A stretch of DNA of 64,000 nucleotides from Acanthaster planci (lineage: Eukaryota): positions 804,083-868,082 of the forward strand of contig NW_019091355.1 of assembly GCF_001949145.1 (NCBI RefSeq), given 5' to 3'. Shown one piece after another: positions 24,845 through 36,235 of this stretch (the stretch's first letter is position 1; each line of letters begins with the position of its first letter). The translations under genes and the position numbers were made by a program. The notes beneath the pieces are model-generated. The model saw only the letters and a program-made list of their open reading frames with translations. It did no database searches and had not been told where the DNA came from.

Positions 24845-27800
24845 TTATAATTTCGTGAAACTGCTAAAGCCTACCCTCTTGAAAATCGTGGCTGACCCAT
24901 TAAATACAATGATACACAAATAAGCAAAATAAAAAATAACTTTCACGAAAGCTACGCATCCAATGACGGTTATTAACAGATCTCCCAGTGACATGCATTG
25001 ATAGAGACTCATGGACTGGTCTGAAGCTGGCCGAAGGTAGTCGCCGCCGTGTTTGATCACGTGCTCAATCCAAAACACTGCTGTGTCCAACGGTGAGGGC
25101 GTCGTCTCCTTGAACACCGAAGATAGGTGGGAAGATGTCTGTTCGTATCTGTCACGTACAGGAGGAAATACAAAGAATATTGTTTGTTTTACCGATGAGG
25201 GCGACCACCATGCGCGGCATAATCTAAAGATGGTCCTTTGTACCATATGCATCTTAATACCTCCCACAGAGCGAGTATACGGTCCACCAAGACAATGTAT
25301 TTATGGGGTATAGACATTCCAGGGCGAGTGGCCCCCACCTTCCATGGTGGACTTGCGCTAGATTTTTCCTCATCCACGGTGGTTACTGCTAGTAGCGGGG
25401 GCCTCTGCAAGATTTGCAATGGCCCCCATTAGTGGTGGTAATGACCAGTGATAGTGTGCGTACGTCTCACTGCATTCATCCCTGGGTCTTCGGATTCGAT
25501 TATTGTTGTTGCGAGAGGATGAACAGCATGTAGTGGATAGCTTATGTACAGTTTTAAAAAAAGATCGGATCATCGAGAGGTGACATATAACCGTGGCACA
25601 ATCAATCAACCTGCTGTCGGTCAGTTTGCTTGGTAAGCATGCACAAAAGGATAACTCACCTTGGTTCTGAGATAACTTTCTGGATAGCGTCTACTAAGAT
25701 GCTACCAGTCAGTGTCGGCATGTTAAGCTTGACAGCTACGCCCCGACACACGGCTCGGTCTGTAATGTCGAACATGTCGTTCGCCAGCGGTATGAGAACC
25801 ATTGGAACACCGTGGTAAATCGACTCTAGAACGGTGCTTGTTCCACCGTGGTTAACAAGAACTTTGGTTTTAGGGTGACCTGGACAGCAAAGACAAAAAA
25901 ACAAGATGTTTAGCCTTGGCTTGGTATATGTTGCTTTTCGGCAAAGTCTTATCGCGCCATAGCCTTTCCTTGTCCAAGAACTGGGCCATACGCGCGTAAT
26001 TAACCATCGCTATGGCATACCATCCTCAAACCATGGAGGCAAACCACATGGGCACCGTCGAACCACTGATTAGGTGCGATGCATAGACGTACGCACGTGC
26101 GTGTTATGGGTCAGCCATCCACGGTTCGTATATGTGCTTGGACTATAGCCTCTATGCTGTAAGATGATCCATCGTGTGACAAGAGCGTTTTGCATTTAAT
26201 TTTATAAGTAATGATTACTTCTCTTCCATTCACAATTCGAGTAATTTTTCCCCAAAACTCTTTCAATAGGCAACATGTAATGAAACTTCGGTTATCCCAG
26301 GAACAAAAATCAGCAATGCACTTTATTACTTATAAAATAGTTTAATTCGCATGATACCTTTCATTTTTTTGGTCGGAAAAACTGAGCGTTATTTCTACTC
26401 GCTTGTCTCCACAACCCTCTCAGGGTGCTTTGATTTTTTGAACAGAAATATTTCAAAAGGCAGTTCATACCCAAGACATCGTTCATGGGTAACCAGGTGG
26501 CTAGTCTAGTATTGTTGCCGATGTTGTTGGGTCGTGGTCCTCGGTGATTCCAAACTACTCGCTGCTCCAGGCGTGACAGGGCACCAGCTATATTCTGCAC
26601 ACTGGATTCGTCAAAACTAAGCGATGTTCCCATGGAAATAACGACCACACCATGTGGGCCCGAGCGTTCGAAAAACTCTTCCAATTTCTTGGATAGGGAT
26701 CGCAAAAAAATTGATAAGAAAATGCTCAGTGATCATCTGGCGGTTAAAACTCTATTCACGAATTAAACTTTAAACTGACATGATCCCGTAAACACGTGAA
26801 ATAAGTTTAAAGGAGTGTACGCAGAGAGTGATGAGCTATAAATACACAGTACAACCTCCACAGTTCAGTCATCGAATTTAATTTTTTGTGTTATATTAGC
26901 AACCGCAAAATTTGGGATGGGGTCCGGCTGTTCGCCCGTCGCCCAGGCGGGGGGGGGGGGCTGATGGCTCTGTACTGTGATTAGTTACCTTGCGCATGAC
27001 CTGCAACCGTGAGGTTATCACTTTCTGTTAGCGAAGCGGTATTTGAATTTTTTTGTATCACCGATGGCAGTGCTTTAGCACACGCAATTTGTCGGCTGTA
27101 TGATAACTTGAAACATATGGCCTTGGTACAATCACAGTGTGCGCTGATCACGTATATTTGGGCAATATGTCAAATCATTGGTTATCTTGATCAATTTTGG
27201 ATGAACGAATATTAAAGCAATGAGGAAGAAAAAGAGAAAATCGAATTGGTAACCGGTTCTTGTGTCAGTGTCGCTTGTGTGTCTTGCGCCTGGCAGAAAT
27301 TTACCCACAATTAATGCTCTGTACGTCGTTTGCTGTGACCTATGTGACGTATTTCCTTCACTAAAATCTTTGCAAGGCCATCAACCCTTTAATTCCCAGC
27401 GCCCTGTCCCTGACATGTTCAGGCGCTGGGCCGCGACTAGAGGGTGATCGAAGTCCGGCTGCGGCGTCGACGTGAGTGCTTCAATAGCGATTTTCATATG
27501 AACTCTAGGGGGCGTTTGTTATTTGACCTTTGGGTCAGTCCCTGGCACGCGGCAGCCTCAAGCTGCTTTAATGTAAACCTGTCATTTCTTGCAGTTGCAC
27601 GATGTATTTCGTTTGGTTTCACTTACAAAGGAGCGCAGCTTTGCCATGGGATATCCGTACATGTGCAGTCATGTTGGAGGATTTTACAACCAAAGAGATA
27701 GAACAAATTCGACAGGTTCCTGTGCGCCCTGGAGTTCTCTCAAGTCTAATGTTACATGGAGACTAGCCCCACTAGTATGGCACGGACTCTCACTCCCGAT

Positions 27801-29768
27801 CCATCCCCTTATAGTGGGGCTAATGTAATCTCCAGGCTGTGTGAACTGTGCTATCGGACTAAAGGCACCGTGGGAAAACTTGGGATATACAGTAGCTTTC
27901 AACGAAAGACAAGATTTCATGGAGGACAGGTAAGTGGCTTGACCAGACTGTTGATCGTATTGTCTCAGAAGGTGAACTGTATTTTCTCGCAATGCATGTT
28001 GAAGGAAAGAATGTAGGCCTATACGGAAGCCAGTTCCGGACACCATACTGCCCTATGTGCCTATTTATACACACAAACACCATTCACACCGTGTGATAGC
28101 GACGCTGCGATTAGAGCCGATCATTTGGTTTGAAGTTCAGAAGAAAATTGAGAGAGTTTATTTGCTTTCCCTCCAAAACGTATTGGATGGGCTCAGAGAA
28201 AAGTGTCAGTATATCTGAACTACGCACTTGAAATTCACAAAATTTGGGGTTAAAATAATGATCTTGTTTATGATGCGATTTGCTTATTGTCCAATTATGC
28301 GTGTAGTATGGTTAGCCAGTCGCTGCCATTTTCGCCTGTTCTTTGAATTCCATCACTGATTGTACCTTCCTGTAATGGCAGCCTGCATAAATGATTCCAA
28401 AGTAGGAGAAATTAGAACATGCTGCTTGAAAGTTTTTTTTATAGGCGAGTCATGTTTCCTGTTCTTTTTTTTTCATTTACATCGCCTAACTGTCAGCATT
28501 GTTTGGTGTCCTCCACACTCTAGGAACAGAAATTGAGTATTGGTACCCTTGACAAACTGTCACTTACAATTTCTGTGACAGACTCGAAATCAAATGACCT
28601 ATCCTCATTCTGTCGCGTGGAATGGACTTTTGGGCCGGTACATGTATTATATTGTTCAAAGAAACGTATTGACTTCATCTATTCCATTGAAAAAGTATGG
28701 AATTTGGCAGACAAATCTATCAGTCAGTCTGTCTATCAGTCAACAAATCCATCTTTGGTGGTTTGCCTTTGAAAGGGGTGTTTGTGTGAGGCTTTGTTTC
28801 TCTGTTTGAATGAATCTTCTTACCTCGTCCAAAGGCTGTGCTGGTTCGGCGGTGATTCCGCCCACAGGTATGATATTCGGTGGCAGAGGGCGCGACAACT
28901 CTTGTACACGTATGTCGGAGATGACGAGGTGAAGCTGAGGTCTCGACAGTAAGTTGCTTAGAGACTTTCCTGGCTGAATGGCACGTTTTTCCTTTATTCC
29001 TTCAAACGTGCTTAGGACATTTTTTTTCAGAATCAGCTTTGTAACTGTGTAAGACACTACACTCGTAAATCTTTCTAAGAAAGACATGGTGTCACAGAAC
29101 GACATCAGTGGGGGTGGCATGAAGGAAGGGTAGATGGGTTGACCAAACCAAAGATCATGTTCCGCCGTCCTGAGTCCTTGGGGTGAAAATTGAATGAAAG
29201 GGATGACAAGTGTCTCGGCCAACAAGGGCGTACATAGATTGGCCGACGGGTCTCCTATAAGAAGATCATAGCGAGATATTCTCAGCGTGGCCAGCAATGT
29301 ATGATTACCAAGGACAGAATCGCACTCGGCTGCTGATATCTGCCAAGGATTCGTTGTTGAAGTACTAGAGACAAGAGTCCGTGCCACGAAATTCTTCGCA
29401 ATACGGTTACCTCTGGCGCTCTTTCGGGTCACTTCTTCTTGGAATATCTTACGGATGTCTTCAAGTTTTGAGGCATCAAAGGGGCTTTTGTAGATCACAA
29501 ATTCAAACTTTTCATCTAGTTCCGCCTTCTGGTGTGAAAACAAGGTGTTGCTAGCAGCCGCAAGGAGCGATACCTCGTGTCGTCGATCAACAAGCGCACC
29601 CATAACTTTACGGAAAAGCATATAGTGACTAAGGGTGGAGGGCAGCGGAATCGATAGCAGTATTTGGGCGGAATCAACCAGCGGGACATGTCCACCGGAC
29701 AACAATCCCAGAACTCCGAACCAACAAATGAGATTTAACCTACAGAATGAGCTCATGATGGTTGTCAT
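24845..29768 (-). CDS. UGT: UDP-glucuronosyl/glycosyltransferase (GT1, animal ER-type UGT), 4 exons, ~561 aa
   Basis: Exons 29768-28824, 26687-26471, 25879-25660, 25148-24845; total 1686 nt in frame; start could instead be ATG 29756. Signal peptide, SH catalytic His, RPLPPNIIPVGGI, SGPHGVVVISMGT, signature WLPMNDVLGHPKTK..NHGG....ESIYHGVPMV..PL..D, AVFWIEHVIKHGG..LR, C-terminal TM helix. Confidence 0.93.
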
Positions 29769-32186
29769 AAACCCTCGGTTACCTGAGCTGAAACTACCAC
29801 TAAGCCTAGTCTCCAACCCAAACAAGCGCCCGTAAACCAAAACCGGCAAGCTGGAAAACGGTACAGCTGAAACTTACACCACTCTTTTATCAAGTGCCAA
29901 CGACGTGAATTACATGTATAGTAGAAATAACTCGAATCTTGACTCCGTAGTCAACCACCACTATTACCAGCAGATGTCCAGTCGCAAACCACGTGTTTCC
30001 ATAATTATAAATGAAAGTTGTGGTCACGTGGCCAAGGCTACTCAATTGTGAAAAACTCTTACCCGCATGAATATATACATGTACCTGATATGATGTTTAT
30101 CTGGAAGTTATGTGTAATGTTGGAAAAAAATAGGAATGTCCGCTGACTATCAATCAGACGTGATGTCACAGGTACAGACTGCTGCTGTCGCAGACGGATT
30201 GTCTTTAGATGCAGCTATTCGCTGTAAGTTGCCGTTTGCAAAAACGAAGCCTCAGCCACAAGCTACTCAATATTTACCAGAGACTGTTTGAGGGTTACTG
30301 CAATGCAGGTTGCTGAACACGAAGTCGGAACTGATGGAAGAAAACCAAACTTCATAATATTAAAATGTTTACCCGCTAAATAACCTCAACACGGATGCTG
30401 CAGCAATTTCACGGAGAACACATTGGTTAGAGATTTTCCATAATTACATTATTTAACAGAGGCAGTGTCGCAGTGACCACCAAGTTCCATCTTTCTACAG
30501 GCAATTTTGTCTGAGTCCTTGGCAGCTCTGGGGTGCACAATTGTAAAATGCGAGACCCTTGGTCATAAAAAGCAAATGCAGGTACCGCTTACACAGTATG
30601 AAGATTACACATCTATCACGGATGATTTGGTTCAGTTAGAAATCAACACAATGCACGTACTTCACAAACGAATAACTTCAAAACTTCTCTGAACAACAAA
30701 CAGCATTGTCTAGCTTTGAGGTTTTTGATGGTTTGTGATTTATTCAGAGGAAAACTGTGTGTAAAAGTCATGTCAAGTATACATGTAAGTGTTTGAGTGT
30801 CGGCTGAATATTTTGCACAGATGGCCCACCTTGCAAATGGACTCATTGGCGAAGGAACGGTCAACTCACGGAATAAATCGTGATTCAACTGTGTGAATTT
30901 ATGAAAAGCGAATACATACCACAAAAATCGTTTGGGCTTTTGTGTAAGACTCACGCATTGGGTTTGCTGTTTCCTCTATCAGTTCACCTTGGTATTCTAA
31001 ATTTTGACAAAATTCATGCTGTCTTAGCAATTTTCAGCGTAACATGTGACCCCTTGGTTAGGTTAATTACAGTTGTCTACAGCCAAACTGCTGCCAAAAC
31101 AAGTGCAGCGAAACTTTATTTATCCCGGATCACTTTAGAATAGAGATGAAATAAAAAAAGCTGATGACAGGTCTACATGGACGCCGCCATGTTGCGTGTT
31201 GCTTGTCACTAACTACCCGCGATAACCAGTTGTTTGTTCCCGGCGTTCGAGCGGCCGACCCACGAACAACAAATCGAGCTGTTTGTGAACATACGAGAAC
31301 AAGCCGCCCGAACTCGGCCATAGATGCTCATGGTAAATCTGGGACGTGTTGCATAAATATATTATACTATCAATAAAAGCGTATACAGTACAGGTACATT
31401 TATATTCATACCGCCGGGAGCATAGACACCCTGTCAAGTCCATGATTTGACGGATGTTCAGATATGCAGGTACATGTAGATCAGCATGCCCCCGCAAGCA
31501 TCTGTAACCGGCGCAGACCAAGAATCAAAACTAGACACAAGATTTAGACCTTCCGCCATGCACCTAATCATGGAAAGATGATTGATTTCCTGATCAGGAA
31601 GTCGCTTGAAACTTTGACAAGAGTGATGAAAACCCTGTAATGTATCTGGGGTGGCTATGTCGTAATCCATACTGGATGATTGTACAGTTAGTTTGTGCCA
31701 CAATGTCATATGTTACGTTGTATTGGTTAATTTTTGTGTGAGCAACAAGATAAAACCGTAATGAACTGTCGGCGACCAGACCCCAACCGACTAAGAATGT
31801 TGCAGCTCCACGTAGTTAATCGAAATCATTCCAATCAAATTGTATTTCTTCACCACTTTTTTAGTAACACTGCTGCAGGTTTTAGGATGGCTTGCAAAAA
31901 AATATGATGGGGCATCCATCCCGAAGGGCCAACCAATGAGAAGACTTTGATGGATGAATAGAACAAGAAACAAACAACTGTTTCAAATCTGTTAGTCTGC
32001 ACAAAGCCGCAAGTCTTCAGACAAAGAAACGCGAGGATTTCCGTACGTATCATACGATTTTATTAGTATCTTTTTGCTTTAAATAGAATAAGTTTCGCAT
32101 TGCATGATCGATAAACACGTTTTCCTTAGTAAAAATTTCCTTAGTTCCAAACACAACAGTCCTGTTTGACCACAGTTGCCCCGACT

Positions 32187-32216
32187 GCGTATGCCCGAAT
32201 GCACAAGAGCATGCGC
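32187..32216 (-). promoter_or_regulatory. Conserved post-SECIS hairpin, copy B
   Basis: GCGCAUGCUC-UUGUGCAUUC-GGGCAUACGC; same distance from the SECIS core as in copy A. Confidence 0.6.
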
Positions 32217-32221
32217 CTTGA

Positions 32222-32285
32222 GGCGAACGTCAGAACCGATCACTCGCCATTTTTGGCATTTATAAACGGTTCTTCATCGGCTGTG
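32222..32285 (-). promoter_or_regulatory. SECIS element (type 2) in the GPx B 3'UTR
   Basis: - strand reads AUGAA-GAACCG-UUUAU-AAA-UGCCA-AAAA-UGGCG-AGUGAU-CGGUUC-UGAC; AATAAA downstream at 32064-32059. Confidence 0.92.
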
Positions 32286-32675
32286 GCACAGAAATGAAGT
32301 GGAAGTAACGAAATCCTTAGTACTGAAAAGAACATGTTCATCAGACTATGTTCCAATGTGACACCGAGTGGAATGAAAAACATACACTCACGACATGGCA
32401 AAATATCTTCTCATCGAGTCAATCATAATGGCGAAAAGTAAGGATATTATTTCGCCTGTGATTCAGTAGCATCATGGTCAATTACTTCTGGGTATTTTTT
32501 AATAATATTTGTGAATAAATTCTAAAAACTAACAATAAAAAAAATCCAGGAAAGGAGTGGTGGGTGTGCAACGTTAGCCCACTCCTGTAAATACCAATTT
32601 CTTCTCTCAAAGATGTGATGTTCTTATGTTGGGTATCCTTTTTCCTCTTCAATAAATTGATTAAAGTTTCTTTGT

Positions 32676-33735
32676 CTACCAAAATTTGGAGGAGGGTGCC
32701 CCGTTGCTACTGTCCGTGGCCTTATCGTCTGGTTGAGGGGACGAGGTTGCCATGTCCCTCATCTTGATTAGCAACTCGATATCGTCTTTCAGCTGGGCAG
32801 GAAGCACGGCGGGGTCGTAGCGTTTGTACGACACGCCCTCGGCGTCGATCAGAAACTTCTGGAAGTTCCAGGTAATATCGCCCACGCGGATTGGCGACCA
32901 GATCATACTCGCAGGGTCGCCAATGGTTGTCTTCACTGGAGGACAGACACTCTGAGGAGCCAGAAACAAACAAACAGGAAATAGTCTCCATGCACTTCAT
33001 ATTCAAGGAAAAGACGCCCTTTCAAAGCAGTGACAAGATCTTTATGAAAGGATACACCGAGGATATTCTTCTGAAGTGACTATAACAAGAACGTTTTCCT
33101 CTTTTTGCTCTTACGAAAAAAACCCAGCAAGGCTAGCTATTATTCGTATAACAAGTGCTTTTCTTTCACAAAATCTGATCAACGTAAATTGGATACTCCA
33201 CAGACCAAATAATCTCGAAAATCAAGCAAAGGTTCCCCAGGTAGAAAAGAACTCGTTATACAGCCATGAACACAATGATCCAGTCTCGTCAGGCTGTTCT
33301 CACCTTGAGCCGAGTATACAGCGCGTGCTCCGATGCTCCGTTCACCTCCAACTTCTCAAACAGAGGAAAATTGGGTACGTAGCCCCCGCCAGGCCGGACA
33401 TGCTCCAACAGGGGTGGAATCTCACTGTTGGAGGCCGGCTCCTGGAACTTGAACTGGTTGCAAGGGAACGCCAATATCTCCAGGTCATCCGGGTACTCCT
33501 CGCGCAGTGCATTCAGCAAGGGGTACTGGAAAACCAACCCTCAGAAGCTGGCCACATTGATGACAATCAGGATCTTCCCCTTGTACTGGGACAGGGTGAC
33601 CTGCTTGGAGCCATCGATAGTCGTCAGGGTGAAGTCGTGGATGGAGTCAGTGGCATTGGCTGTACAGCGCGATTCCTGCCCTAGAGCGCTTGGCAGCGCG
33701 AGGAGGGCGAACGCCAAGCCCGTCAAAATGATCAT
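32676..33735 (-). CDS. GPX: Secreted selenocysteine glutathione peroxidase B (GPx3-like), 2 exons, ~235 aa, Sec65
   Basis: Exons 33735-33304 and 32951-32676; same intron position as GPx A. Signal peptide; INVASF-TGA(33543-33541)-[44 protein letters not shown] at ~33777-33771. Confidence 0.95.
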
Positions 33736-35397
33736 ATTGACGGTCGCGATGCCTGATTGGCAAGGGTCTATTATATACGGTTTTTTGAAGCACTGATCAC
33801 TTTTATCTACAAGTCTGTATAGTCAACGGCAAGTTATTATGGACCTTGCCCACCACTAAGCGGATTCTGTCGTCCAAACAATCAACTGCACTGCCAAATC
33901 TTGATTAATCACCATGGGCAATCGAGCCGGGGGAGGTTATTTAGCGAACTGGTACTTCTTTGAAAAGGCGTGTACTGTCACAATGTTCAGGTTCCCGTCG
34001 ACCCCTATACCTACACCCCTCGTGAAGCTGATGTCTTCTCCAATAATCCCTTGTGCGATCATTATCTGTTGTATAACATATTCCGGTGATAACAATTTTG
34101 ATAAGCCGATAGGGGTTATGACATTGTGTATGTGACAAACAAAACTGTCGCCAGTCCAAATATTCTGCAACTTTGATTATTGCACAGAAGAAGGCCTTCT
34201 CCATGCTTAGTTAAGGCGACCGGTTCTTTCATGAAACCCCAATCCTAGGGTTCCATGCGCCAGGTTATGTCACATTGCCGTACACTGTAGCTTGGAATCG
34301 TAAGGGTCAACGGCAGGGGAATATTAAAGACAAGGGAAAACATCAAAACCCCAGAAAATTTGTAGGCTACATTCGTTTCGAACAATAGTGGGCTGCTGTA
34401 AACTGCTTCCCAACTTGACAGACCCTCCCCCCAAAAAGTGACGAGTTTATTCACAGAGTAATCTTTTATTTGGTAATTTCTATGGTGGAATGAACCAAAA
34501 GCTCTGAAAGAAATCACAGCTGGTGATGAATACCATTACTCTCCTCAAACCACTCCATAAAGGGTGGTAAACCAAATGCATCATTTTTGAGGGATGAAAT
34601 CTCCGCTACCCGCCTTTTGAACGAAAACATACAATGGAAGGTGGCATCACAATAAACGCAACACAAAATTTAATACATGTATGTGACAGGGTATTTTTAT
34701 CCTTGAGGAACGGTTATTACCGAGGATTGCCTGGTTCTCCCTTGTCATTGTGCCATAAAGAAACAGGTGATGACTGGGGTGACATGCATTTCATATGCTC
34801 TGATTACCAGCACATGATCGAAGCGCATTTCAACCTATTTTATGAGCCATTTTAGTGTAATAGTGCGGGTGGTACAGTTATAATTATGAATAATTATCTT
34901 CAATTCGACGTCAGCAGAATCTTAAAGCCAATGGGCGTCGAGATAGATCCGCCAGATTTCTTAGAAACGGAGGCTCCTTCTGTCGGAACTATACTCTGCT
35001 GATTCACGAACGACTAGACAGTAGTAGGAAATTCACGCGTCGCGGTCATATCGCTACCAACAGATTGAGCACTCCTGACCAACGCGGCTCTTTAAGCCGA
35101 TGGGGGTGATTCTGCTCGAGGTTGACAGTACTTGTAGAGTTCATGTCAAAGTAAAGATGTCACTTTCTCACGGCCACCTGACAGGGTACAACTTGGCCAA
35201 AAAAGAAACGATTATAAGCAAGCGTTAACTGTTTAGTTTGGGCAGCACTATGTCTTGTTCAGGTGACTATTTGAAAGAAATTGTTATAAGAGGAATTCGA
35301 GCTCAAATTGCTCAAAATGAAACTCCCTGTTCATATGGACATGTTTTGTGAGTTGCCAGACCTGCGTGCTATACAGCAGCTGTCATGTTCATTCCGA

Positions 35398-35610
35398 GGA
35401 GTCAGGTTGGTGTAGTGGCCTTTTCCTCGCCTTCCACCTCTGTGACCCGGGTTCGAATCCCACTTAGGTTAGCATGTGGATTGGGTTTTCAGTCCCTGTC
35501 TGACTCTGTGGGTTTTCCCAGGAATATCCATTCTTGGTTTTCATCCTGTAATTTGCGCCAAGTGGGCTGTTGGATGATCAGATATATATAAAAAACTATT
35601 TAAAAAAAGA
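35398..35610 (+). mobile_element. tRNA-derived SINE
   Basis: Pol III A box TGGTGTAGTGG (35408-18) and B box GGTTCGAATCC (35450-60), followed by a non-tRNA body and an A-rich tail; absent at the homologous positions downstream of lectin copies 2 and 3. Confidence 0.7.
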
Positions 35611-36235
35611 AGTGACAACACCTACTCCTCGAAAACGACAGTCTTTATTACTTAGAAGAACTAACGAGCCGAAAACAAAAGAATATCGAAGTTCATGTCA
35701 ACTTTAACTATATAAGGACAATTAGACTACCACCGACTTTTAGTTTTTTTTAACGAGTTCTTAAAATCTTATACAACTATAAACACGAAGGAGACCACCA
35801 AAACAAGCAAAAAGCAGAAGAAATCTCCCAGTTTATATACTTGAATACTTCGTCTTGGTTATCGGTTGAATTTTGCCCATCGTGTCATTATGTGCCCAGT
35901 CTCTCTCCTTGTTTGCCTGAAAGTGACTATTACCGTCAGGTTCACTATTTAGTCGGATATTTCTATAAGGACTATTTGTCATATTTTCTAATCAAAGTAC
36001 TTGATGTCCTTTGTTTACTAAATGTTGCACATGCATAACTTACTACTTTCCCTTTGCCAAGCTTGCGTGAATATGGAGATGTGAAAAGTGCAAATTTAAA
36101 ACGGGTCAACTTTTGAATTTCATGGCTTAATAACAGTTTTTCAACAAAGCGTTTCATCGAAACAATTAGTGATTTATAAGATAGGCATCACTGATTCCGT
36201 TGTATGGTCATAGAGCCGTGTCAATCAGGAATAAA

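Noticed and set aside
27684..28480. ORFs and possible transposon body in UGT intron 1
   Set aside because: Looks repeat-like, but termini, TSD and a transposase motif could not be identified.
33076..33796. + strand ORFs of 202 and 122 aa
   Set aside because: Antisense shadows of GPx B exon 1 with no independent protein features. The same applies to the antisense ORFs over MINPP1, UGT and lectin exons.
35398..35470. tRNA gene
   Set aside because: Has A and B boxes but no convincing cloverleaf, and runs into a SINE-like body with related fragments elsewhere (6342-6410).
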